Positions 1 through 10,659 of a DNA stretch of 64,000 nt are shown here, piece after piece (position 1 is the first letter of the stretch; every line of letters starts with the position of its first letter). The stretch covers positions 44,181,130 through 44,245,129 of the forward strand of contig NC_092375.1 in the NCBI RefSeq assembly GCF_030028105.1. Direction: 5' to 3'. The notes beneath the pieces are model-generated. The model saw only the letters and a program-made list of their open reading frames with translations. It did not search any database and was not told the DNA's origin. Made by a program: the position numbers and the translations under genes. Source of the DNA: Mobula birostris (Eukaryota).

Positions 1-653
1 GTAACAAATTATGTATTTAACTGAAATATGGAACAAATTGGAAGACTACCAATGCTACTACAGTACTATAAAACTCTGTATTGGTTCTTAATAGTTATCA
101 ACAGAGGAATTCATTCAGTGTATGCAATGAACAAAATCAGTGCAGACACCTACTGCAGATGATGAACTGCCTTCATACAATGTTTTTGCTGAATGGATAC
201 TCCAAATCTTCATTTGCATTGTAACATTCAAGATGACTGCCCATACCTTCAAATTCTCAGTAGTTCCTAACTTGTTGAAGTAATGAAATAATTTCATTTT
301 TCACTCTCACCATTTCTTGCTTGACACCTCACTGATCAAAATAGTTCTGAATTGCCTGACTGCTTATTTCTTGACAACTATCAGTGACAAAAATCACTGA
401 TTTTTGAACACAAACACACAAAACTGATGCTAAATAAAAACAGTTCACCCTTAAGCATGATGTAGCGTCTAACAACCACACAAGTGCTAGTTAGAACCTG
501 TTCAGCAAGTCTCCTGTCCTAATTAAGGGGCATGGTGTCACAAATAAACAAAGGGTACCTGGCTATTTTCTCAATTAGTTTTTGCTCTTAATAGTTGTCC
601 TAAATAAACAGCTGCCCTAGTTAACTGAAAGCCCAATTAACTAGAATCCACTG
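1..653. mobile_element. Tigger/pogo-type DNA transposon remnant (one terminal repeat visible)
   Basis: Ends in ...gcccaattaactagaatccactg|TA (631-655), i.e. a CAGTGGATT... TIR with a TA target. Interior is decayed. Confidence 0.5.
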
Positions 654-741
654 TATAATTTTATAAGCTGTACTGATATACTTACTGATTATTATGTTCA
701 TTTAACACTTTCAAAAGTAACAATTTTAGAAATAAACCTAC

Positions 742-1011
742 CTGAGAATATCACTCGAGTCTGCTTTGGCTTGACCATCCATTTATGAATCATGGAGCAG
801 ATATAGTGATTCATCTTATCAATTACTTTCAAATCATTTGTCACGTTGAAATATCCATCAGTTTCCCTCAATTTTATTTCATTATGCACTGCCAATGCAT
901 TCCCAAGCTTGTCCCTCCACGTAACTTCTGGAGCAGGGTACCACCCTGAAGACCGGCATGACAGCACATCTGAATCGGAATCCCAGAAAACATGGATGCC
1001 ATCTGTACTAG
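742..1011 (-). CDS. VTCN1: B7-family (VTCN1/B7-H4-like) Ig constant-type domain exon
   Basis: Acceptor tcttggtag|, donor TCAG|gtaggt, 270 nt, phase 1-1. Translates (A)STDGIHVFWDSDSDVLSCRSSGWYPAPEVTWRDKLG...NHYICSMIHKWMVKPKQTRVIFS, with the B7/BTN motif C-x-S-x-G-W-Y-P-x-P and both Cys. TM exon lies outside the window. Symbol is provisional (VTCN1-like). Confidence 0.85.
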
Positions 1012-1743
1012 CTACCAAGATAAAAGTAACACAAATTACAGCTAGTCAACAAGAACACAAATCACACAGAAATGCTTCAATACAAAATGTTACAGTTTTT
1101 AGAAAAGCAATAACCCTCTGCAAAATTATATATTTAAGATATTCCCTATACTTTGCTGATAATCAAGATCTGTATATTCTGGAGAAAATAAATATCTATT
1201 GGAATGAGTTGAAAGTTACCCAAAATGTGCAACAAAATAAGACAATGGTCTTACTCCTTTCCATTGGCTTACTTTGTTTTCATAAACACATTGTTCCGTG
1301 AGCATCGTAGGTACATAAAGTTTATAAATAAATAAGATGGCACTTTTTCTACATTGATTCCACATGCATTCTCAGGCAGATTTTCTTGATAGAGGAATTA
1401 AGTTTAAATAAACTGGGCTGCAATTGAAAATAACCTGCACATCTTAGCTTCCTTCTTATAACAAATGAAGCAAAGACTGAGCAAGCACCTTCATTGGTGA
1501 ATAATCTTCCAAACTCTTTTCTTCTGTGCTGTGCTGAAGTGATCCGATGCATTCAGCACACACAGGAAAATAATAATCTTGCCAAGTAAGTATGCAGATA
1601 CCAGTTTAGAATAACATTAAGCTATACTTCATCCCTTGTAATAGTTTAAATGAATGAAATTGAGCTTTCAACATTCACCTGGGCCAACTTGGAAGATTCA
1701 CTTGTCAGGTCCTACTGAAGAAACTGACCATGAGTTATCAGAA

Positions 1744-1941
1744 AACAACAGGAATTCTGCAGATGCTGGAAATTCAAGCAACACACATCAAAGTTGCTGG
1801 TGAACGCAGCAGGCCAGGCAGCATCTCTAGGAAGACGTCAGGACGTCCTGACGAAGGGTCTCGGCCTGAAACGTCGACTGCACCTCTTCCTAGAGATGCT
1901 GCCTGGCCTGCTGCGTTCACCAGCAACTTTGATGTGTGTTG
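1744..1941. mobile_element. Penelope-like pLTR-derived inverted-repeat (hairpin) element with ~15-bp target-site duplication
   Basis: Near-identical inverted arms (gcaacacacatcaaagttgctggtgaacgcagcaggccaggcagcatctctaggaag and its reverse complement). Flanked by catgagttatcagaa at 1729-1743 and 1942-1956. Confidence 0.75.
1845..1880 (+). ncRNA. Minimal type-I hammerhead ribozyme motif (Penelope type)
   Basis: gtc-CTGACGA-agggtctcggcct-GAAA-CGTC-gactg: intact CUGANGA and GAAA boxes, stem II hairpin, palindromic ACGU stem III, gtc/gac stem I. Confidence 0.65.
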
Positions 1942-3289
1942 CATGAGTTATCAGAAGAGTGTTCGATGTATTTGAGCCAGGATCACTCACAAGATGTTCA
2001 AGGAACATTTCATCAATTTTTTTTTTAAGACTCCTCGTCAAGTAGCCATACTAAATAGCCAGTTCAAATAGAAATGGAAGTTATACAATATACAAATCAG
2101 TAATAGTCACTAGATGCAGTGCCAGGGAATAGTTGGTGCCATGTGGGTTCCAGTCAAACCAAACAGTGAATTCTGCAATCACCATTCCTTTGGGACTAGA
2201 GACTAGCAATAGTTGTTCTATAAAAGGCTGTTATGTGATGGTGTTATAAATAAATTTAATAGCTACTGGGCAGAACTCCATCTTTGTCGTCACTTCATAT
2301 CTGATCTGGTACTGCTATAATATTAAATACTGCATTTTCACACCTTTAGCTAGAAGCCTTAGCTATTCGTATATTGTTTAACAGTTTTGGTTTTCCATCC
2401 ATTGCCATCAAACCAAAATATAGTTCTATTTTTACTCATAAAACTATTTCTAAGTGTGTTTTTCTTGTAGAAATGCTACTAATGCCAAGGTATCAGGGAA
2501 GAGTCATAAGCTTTACAGAATTATGTGATTGTTCTTATACCGTTCAGTCTATGGGGAAATGTTTGTCACTTTATTACCTAAAGATGATAGGGTGTAATTT
2601 CTGCAAAGGTCTCTCCACTTTGCCCTCAGCTGCGGTAGAGAGCCTGGGATTTGGCATATTTACCATCATTGCCCATCAACTTAATTGAATGAAGAAATGA
2701 ATGAAAATAACTGAAGACTAGTTTACAGATGGTAAAGACCTCAAGAGGAGGCAGAGAAGAATCATACACGTGCTATTTCAGAAGATGACCGTAGATGGTT
2801 CAGTATTGTCTTTGGTCTTCACAGTTGCCTTCTCATCAAGGATGGTGATATTCATGATGTATGATGTAAAACTACAAAGACTTTCACTTATCTCAGAAAC
2901 AGGCCATTCAGCCCCACTGGTCCATGCTGACCAATATGCTCCCTCCAAGCTAAACCAGTTTTGTCTTTGGTCCATAAACTTCTAAACCTTTCCAATCTGT
3001 GCACCTGTCCAACTGTTTCTGAAGAGATATAACTGTGTTCTATCAAGTGATAACTTAATACTGTCTGTAGCATATGACCTAGCCCACATTCCTATATTGT
3101 ATTTTCACCTGATGGATGTTTCCTTTTGAGCTCTACCTAATAATATTCTGGGATGTCCATATACATCACTCACTGAACATAGGTTGGTCCTTAGGTTAAA
3201 ATACAATGTTACTGATTCTGATGGAACATAATCCTAGCACTCTGAAAGCTGGCAGTGCTTACAACTGGGCAGATTTGAACTGTGGTAAC

Positions 3290-3512
3290 ACAAACAAGAG
3301 ACAATCTGCACATGCTGGAAATCCAAGCATCGCACACACAATGCTGGAGGAACTCAGCAGGCCAGGCAGCATCTATGGGAAAGAGAAAAAAAAGAGTACA
3401 GTTGACACTTTGGGCCCAGGACCTTCATCAGGATTGAAGGGTCTGGCCCCAAAACGTCGACTAGGTGCTGCCTGGCCTGCTGGGTTTCACCAGCATTTTG
3501 TGTGTGTTGCTT
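3290..3512. mobile_element. Older Penelope-like pLTR hairpin element
   Basis: acacaatgctggaggaactcagcaggccaggcagcatc ... gctgcctggcctgctgggtttcaccagcattttgtgtgtgttgc inverted arms, with degenerate hammerhead cores. Confidence 0.65.
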
Positions 3513-4297
3513 GAACTGTACTAAGGCTGCCCAATTTAATGTTATAGAACTACGGAACATGCAACATAATTGTATCCTCAATCTGAACACAGGGCTTTGT
3601 CACCAACAGCTTATAAACTGTATCAGCAACAAATAGACTGGTTAGAGGAAGGTCAGGTGGGTTGCTCACTTGACCTGCAAAAGATCTAGTAACTATGTCT
3701 GTCAGGACTTGATTAGCTCTGTCAGCTATGATGCCACTGCATCAGTCTAGATGATAAGACCCGTAAGATATAGGAGCAGAAATAGGACATCAAGTCAGCT
3801 CCGCCATTCCATCATAGCACATCCATTTCCCAGTATCCCTTCATGCCCTGACTAATCGATCAACCTCTACCTTGACTATACCCAATGATGGCATTGATAA
3901 ACTCAGGAAAAATGTGTTTTACTGCTACAAGTGATGTTTTTTTTAATTGCCAGAGCCTAACAGCAGAGTGCTGCTACTTTTTCCAACACTGTGCAATTGA
4001 AAATTGATTTAACAAGGAGTAAATTGCATTTGGTACTATTTCCAGGAAAAACCACGCTGACCTTCAACTGATAATTCTGGCCAAGTCACCCTATTTCAAA
4101 TTCAGAGACTTGGTTACAATGAGCTTTAATGCAACACAATGCTTTAATATTGTTAGGCTGCTGTCTTCTGTAAAACGTAGTGTTAATCAGTAAAACATAC
4201 CCTTTTATTTCTTGCCACTATTGTCATTACAATTTAAAAAAATGAAACTAAAGTGTATTTCACCCTCACTGAGAGCAGAGCAAGATATGTGGCATAC

Positions 4298-4639
4298 CCC
4301 AAACAGGCAGATGAACAACTGCTTTTCCATATCCACCATCAGTGCTAACAAACAACATGTAATCTCCTTCATCCCAAAGATTAACATTCTTCAATGTAAG
4401 AAATGCTTTGCCGTTATTGATTGAATTTTCATCAACTTGAATTCTTTTTGAGTAGTTGGCATGCTGGTTGCTGAAATCACTTTTACTTTCTTTGTACTCA
4501 TATAAAATTTCAGAGCCAGGATTCTTCTCCCATTTCACTGCTGGAGTACATTGGCCATTGCAATCAAATGAACACTCGAAGGTGACAGATCCTCCAATTT
4601 CTGCAGCTGGTTTCTGCTCACACTCAACTCTGAATGCAC
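4298..4639 (-). CDS. VTCN1: B7-family (VTCN1/B7-H4-like) IgV domain exon
   Basis: Acceptor cctttattcag|, donor TGGG|gtatgc, 342 nt, phase 1-1. Translates (G)AFRVECEQKPAAEIGGSVTFECSFDCNGQCTPAVKWEKNPGSEILYEYKESKSDFSNQHANYSKRIQVDENSINNGKAFLTLKNVNLWDEGDYMLFVSTDGGYGKAVVHLPVW. Lines up with recalled B7-H4 V (W.K...E.KE.K...S.Q...R...G.A.L.LKNV.L.D.G.Y...T..G.G.A). Symbol is provisional. Confidence 0.85.
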
Positions 4640-5889
4640 CTGAATAAAGGATAGAAATAATGTAGTTATAAACAAAACCTTCTCGAAAAAAAATTTCAAA
4701 TGTTCACTTACGTTTCAGCTGACCAGCTTTTCTATTGTTAACACAGGTCTGAAAAGGGTATATTTTTCCACTTACAAATTGCTTTCAGAAAATTCCTTGC
4801 CTGATATTCATCTCACTTTAAGAACTTGGGCAATGGACGAGGATGATCTGCAGAATTTTCCAGTTTCTCCAATTTGATTGATTCCATTTATCTTTAAAAA
4901 GTTAATTGTATCCATCCAACACCTTCTTGTCTAAATATTAGTCTGTACTTTGCTGGGTTTTAACATTACACTGTTGCACTCACATTTATAATTTACAGGA
5001 TGTTTTCTATGCTACAGAAGAACACTGCTCCCAGCAGATCTAACTTGCACAAAATCATCACTCTGCTTGAACAAAAGTTGGATAAGAATTACTACAAAAC
5101 CTCATGGCATGATTGGAGTCTGATCTGGAAATTCTAGGACTCTACTGACTTTGAGCCCATGTCCTTGTGCTGACAATTTAAAACTTCACCCAATCAGTTT
5201 GTCTGAAAAGGGACCACAAATCCACAGTTTCAATTCACTTGGCTGTCCACATCCTTTCGTTTCATTTCTGTCACAGGCTATAATAAAAATCAAACAGGGC
5301 AATATTCTGTATTTTCAGTTTGTTAATAACATGGCTTTGCATTGTTGTTATATTTTGCAATTTGTTTTGAGTCATGGCCAGATTTCTTGAGGTATAGTAA
5401 CATTCCCTATGGGTTTGAGAGTTGGATTCAGAAAGGGTTGAAAAATATGCAGTCTAAGAACATAACCTGTTGTCCTATCAGGTTGGAATGACAATTGACC
5501 ACTGTTAAAATCCTGATCACTGAATTTTTAGATATTTAGCAATAAAACTAATAATTGTCATGTTAAACTGCTAAGCTTAACAACAAGGATCTCTACCACA
5601 GCCTCAATATAAATTGACCCAGTTGATTCCATAAGCTGACAATATGGAAAATAAACTGTTTAAGGTAATGTGGTATTATGATTACAAACTTAACAGTCTA
5701 TTAGGTAGAAATAAAAGCACAGATCTCTTAAAACTCCAACTGAAATTTTCACACATTAACAAAATTTGAATGCTTGCCCTGGGCCTTTCAATACCAGCTT
5801 TGGCAGAATTATGTTGTCACTTACTTATTTGCCTCTTTGGCAAAAATTAAAGGTCTTAGAAATGATCTTCAATATTACTGTATGTGATG

Positions 5890-6970
5890 ATTTTACATCC
5901 TCACTGGCCACAGGAGTAATGCCAGGAGATTGGAGTATGACAAATGTTATTCCTTTGTTCAAGGAGGAAGTCATAGGGATGACCCTGGGAATTACAGAGC
6001 AGTGATTTTACATCAGTGATGGGCAAACTTTTGGAGAGGATTTATAAGCACTTGGAGAAACACAGCCTAATTAGAGATAATTAGCATGGTTTTGTGAGGA
6101 ACAGGTCATGCTATATGAGCTTGATTGACTTGTTTGAGTCAGCAACAAAACTAATTGTTGAAGTTAGAGCAGTGGACGCAGTGTATATGGATTTTAGTAC
6201 GGAATTCAACAAGATTTCCCATGGTAAGTTCATTCAAAAAGTCAGGAGCATGGGATTCAGGGAATCTTGGCTGCATGGATTTGGAATTGGCTTGTCCACA
6301 GAAGGCAGAAGATTGTACATAGAGTGTATCCTGCCTGTAGGTCTGTGACTAATGGTGTTCCACAGGGATCTGATCTGGGACCTCTGCTCTTCAATATTTA
6401 TAAAAATGACTTAGATGTGGAATTGGAACAGCATGTTAATAAGTTGGTGGTATTGTGCATGGTGTAGAAGGCTGTCACAGGTTACAATGGGAAATTGATA
6501 CAATGCAAAGCTGGGCTGAGAAGAGGCGGATGAAGTTCAACTTTGGAAGACTGAACTTGAAAGCAAAGTATAAGGTTAATGGCAGGATTCTTGATCGTGT
6601 GGAGGAATAGATAGATCTTGTGATCCATATCCATAGATCCTTCAAAGTTGCCACACAAGTTGATAGGATAGCTGAGGAGGTCTATGATGTGTTGGCCTTT
6701 GTTAGTCAAGGGACTGAGTTTAAGAAGTGATTAGAGGAAAGTCTAAGGGTATGTCTGAGGTGGTTTTTAATTAAACACAAGAGAATTTTAAGTGCATGGA
6801 ACGCACTGCCCGGTAGGAGCAGATACATTAGGTATATTTTAGATAGGCATATAGATAAAAGAAAAATGAAGGACAATGTGGGTGAGAAAGGACAGATTAA
6901 TCTTGGAATAGGTTAAAACGTCAGCACATCATCATGGGCTAATGGACCTGTACTGTTCTTTGTCCTGTGC
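5890..6970 (+). mobile_element. CR1 LINE fragment (RT region and 3' end), decayed
   Basis: ORF fragments VDAVYMDFS...K and GVPQGSDLGPLLF, followed by a CR1-type 3' tail. Confidence 0.8.
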
Positions 6971-7065
6971 TCCATGTTGAGGAAATATAGTCTTGAGTAG
7001 CAATGCAGCAATGTGAGGAGGCTACTGAAGCATCTAACATCAACCTCATCCAGAGAATAACTTAC

Positions 7066-7114
7066 CAACAGGAACAAGCAACAAGGAACACACCACAGCT
7101 GAGATATACATCAT
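7066..7114 (-). CDS. VTCN1: Signal-peptide exon of the B7/VTCN1-like gene
   Basis: Acceptor atttcttttcag|G-ATG. Encodes MMYISAVVCSLLLVPV(G) with donor GTTG|gtaagt (phase 1), which joins the V exon in frame. Confidence 0.8.
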
Positions 7115-7279
7115 CCTGAAAAGAAATTAACAATTGGTTAGAAGAGAGTAAACTGAGCATTTAAAGCATCTACCAAATGGTCAGAGTAAAATAATAACGT
7201 TCAAGTGTAAAATTCTAATATTTGCTTCTGCACATTCATATACAAAAATTATTTAGATATAAGACTATCAGATGTATAG

Positions 7280-7860
7280 AACATGGAACATAGAAAGGTA
7301 CAATACAGGAATAAGCCCCTTGGTTCACGATGTCTATGCTGACCATAATACTCACCCAAACTAATCCCATCTACCTGCACATGTTCTGCATCTCTCATTT
7401 CCTGCCTGTTCACGTGCCTACCTGAATGCCTCACAAATGTTATTGTATCTGCTTCCACCACTTTACTTGGCAGCATGTTCCAGGCATCTACCACTCTCTT
7501 GTGTAAAATATTTTCCTTGTAAATCTCCTTTAAGCTTTCCACCTTGCACCTTAAAGCTACGCCCTCTGTTATTTGTAACTTCAACCCTGGGTCAAGGATT
7601 TTCATTATCTATCTATACACGCCTTTCATAACCTTATAGATTTCTATCAGGTTGCCCCTCAGCCCTGATGCTCCAAAGAAAACTATCAAAATTTGTTTAA
7701 CCTCTCCTGTGGCCCAACCATAGTTTCAGACAACTGCAATATGACTTCCCAACTTTTATACTCAACACCCCAACAGATGAAGGCAAGTATCCCAGGTAAC
7801 TTCTCTTCTACCCCATTTACTTTCAGGAAGCCATGAATTCGCACCCAAGATCCCTCTCAG
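7280..7860 (-). mobile_element. CR1 LINE 3' fragment
   Basis: ORF ...RVVDAWNMLPSKVVEADTI... and an atagaacatggaacatagaa microsatellite tail. Confidence 0.7.
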
Positions 7861-8763
7861 ACCATGTATATTTTTGTCCACATTATTATATATTACGGAT
7901 TTGTTTCTAAGTTTGCAGAGGTCAACATGACATCAAAATAAAATGCAATGTAAATATTTCTGAAATATTTCTGACATGCCGCAAGAAAATATTCAAAAGA
8001 TGGGGCAAAGGCATAAGAATGAACTCTGGGGGCAGTTGGCTCATCCATCTACAAGTTCTGCTCTATCTGCATAGACTGGAATGAAGCTTGTATCCATTGG
8101 GCAAGTGTAGGGACTGCAACTCTTCAAACACTAACTCCTGGATCCTCACAGCTGTCCCAACTCAGAGGCATACTTTCTTATCCCCTTGACTGATAAAGTA
8201 TACAGTAATTAACTAAAGGAGTGTGCACTGTTACCAGGAATGCTCTCATTCTCAAGTGCACCATAGGATCAGAATCTCTGATTCCAGCTCATCATCTCCA
8301 AACCAAAATTCGTGTAAACGCAGGCAGATGTAGTCTTAGTATACTACAGCTGCAACATGTCACCTCTTACATATATTCATTACCCTAAATATTTTAAATC
8401 TATCGTCACTAGTAGCTTACCGAAAAAACCCAATGCAAATATACACAGTGCTTTTCATTAAGTTCAGAGATTTAAAGTCCATAATATCTGTACTGTACCA
8501 ATATATATACCCGGCTTCACTCAACTAACTCTAGCTGGTTACTCAGTCAGTTTGGAGACTTATTTGCCTTGCTTTATATTACCATGATTTGAAACTAAAA
8601 AATTAAGAGAATTGAATTGTAAAATTCACTAAAACATTTTAAAATAAAGCAAAACTCATCTAACTCACGAAAAGATGTAATAGATAAAGCAGTAATGAAA
8701 TGTTATGGTTAAAATGATCTGCACTCCATACCCCACTCCCTTCACAACAACTTAAAATGCATA

Positions 8764-10364
8764 CAGGTGTCCGCTGCTTTTCGAACGTTCGCTTTACGAA
8801 ACCTCGCTGTTACGAAAGACCTTTATCAGTTACCTGTTTTCGCTAACAGAAGGTGTTTTCACTGTTACGAAGAAAGGCAGCGCGCGCCCCGAACAGCAAA
8901 GCTCCTCTCCCGGAACTGCATTCTAGCCGGCTTTGCTTAAACACGTGCCTCTGAGCAGCCATTAGCAAGATGAGTTCTAAGGTATCGGAAAAGCCTAAAA
9001 GAGCTTGTAAGGGTGTTACACTTAGCGTAAAACTAGACATAATTAAGCGTTTCGATCGTGGTGAAAAAAGTAAGAACAAAGTGAGTTTGGCTTGTGGAAG
9101 TTGACGAAGATGATGATAAAGAGGTTTGGCATCCCATGAGCAAAAACAGATAGATGAAGAGCCGATGCAATTGGAAGAGGAAAGGAAAATAATCGAAACC
9201 ACATGCAGTAGCGAATGGACCGAAAGTGAAGTTGTCCAGGAACTGAATGTGAGCAACCGCATGAGATTTTCGCCACAATGATTGCAGAATAGTACAACTT
9301 TAATTTTGAAAGGGTATGTCGGTTTAGGGCATATTTGCAGGACGGTTTTGAGTGCTTACAAAGAACTGTATGATAGTAAAATGCATGAGGCTAAGCAGTC
9401 AAGCATGCCATCGTTTTTCAAGCCTTCCACATCAGCCACAGCAGACGATGAACCTCAAACTTTGACATCGAGGCAAGCAAACATAGTAGAAGATGACCTG
9501 CCTGCCCTGATGGAAACAGACAACGATGAGATGTCAACCCAGTATCCCACCACCCCAACCACCAGGCCGCGGACCGATACATTGCCGCAGGGAATGCAGC
9601 GGTAGCCAGGACGCACCCAGCACATCTTTAAGAAAAAGACCGAAATAAACAAGCTTTAGGTGCTGCCCGGCACGTAAGTGTCGGCCCAGATCAGAGGCCA
9701 TTGTCAATTACGCTGCCTCTGATCTGGGCCGACATTTACGTGCCGGGCAGCACCTAATTAATTAGCTTGTTTATTTCGGCTTTTTTCTTAAAGATGTGCT
9801 GGTGCGTCCCAGCTACAGCTGCATTCTCTGCGGATCGGTATCAGTTCGCTGCCCGGAGGTTGGGGATCACTGCACCACCCCAACCTCCGACGACCCAGCC
9901 TAACACACAATCATCAGTGTGCTCGGCGCTGTCTTCTCGATTCCGGTAAGTGATACTGCAGTGTACATACATTATTTCTACTTTATATAGGCTGTGTATT
10001 TTTTAAGTGTTATTTGGTATGATTTGGCAGCTTCATAGCTTAAGGGTTACTGGAGAGAGTGTTTCTGCCGAGAGCGCTTGCATGAGATTTTCGCTATGGA
10101 GAACAGTGCGGCAATGATTGTAGAAAAGTATTTCTACTTTATATAGGCTGTGTATCTACCATATCATTCCTGCTTTTACTATGTTACTGTTATTTTAGGT
10201 TTCATGTGTTATTTGGCTGATTAGGTAGGTTATTTTCTGGGTCTGCAAACGCTCACAAATTTTTCCCATATAAATAAATGGTAATTGCTTCTTCACTTTA
10301 CAACATTCCAGCTTATGAACCGTTTCATAGGAACACTCTACCTTTGGATGGCAGGGGAAACATG
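8764..10364 (+). mobile_element. Tigger (Tc1/mariner-pogo) non-autonomous DNA transposon
   Basis: TA|CAGGTGTCC...ggggaaacatg|TA termini. HTH-psq-like KRACKGVTLSVKLDIIKRFDRGEK remnant at ~8995-9070. Long internal inverted repeat. Confidence 0.75.
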
Positions 10365-10659
10365 TACTGTTATGTTTTATAACTCTAAAACATGAAAACT
10401 AATTGAAACAAGGGAATCCAAAATAATGTACCTGAAGTGTATCTTTGTGTTTACTTTAAGTGAAGCATGCACATATCACATGGTGGCATGATGACGTATA
10501 CTAGTTACATACCTTTACATACAACTGGTAATAAATTATTTAAGCAAAGAATGATTTATCAACATGTTACTCAAATATTACTGAAATATTAAATACTCAA
10601 CACATACTTTATAACTTCTCCACCACTATTGTTGGCCAAATCAAAGATTCTGATGAATT

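Noticed and set aside
2590-3073. Possible extra Ig-C exon (CQIPGSLPQLRAKW) and nearby ORFs
   Set aside because: No continuous frame or matching splice sites; 2900-3020 is a CR1 3' tail.
4712-4900. Small minus-strand exon candidates just 5' of the B7 V exon (gtaagt at 4711)
   Set aside because: They encode no signal-like peptide, and the exon at 7066-7114 supplies the leader in the correct phase.
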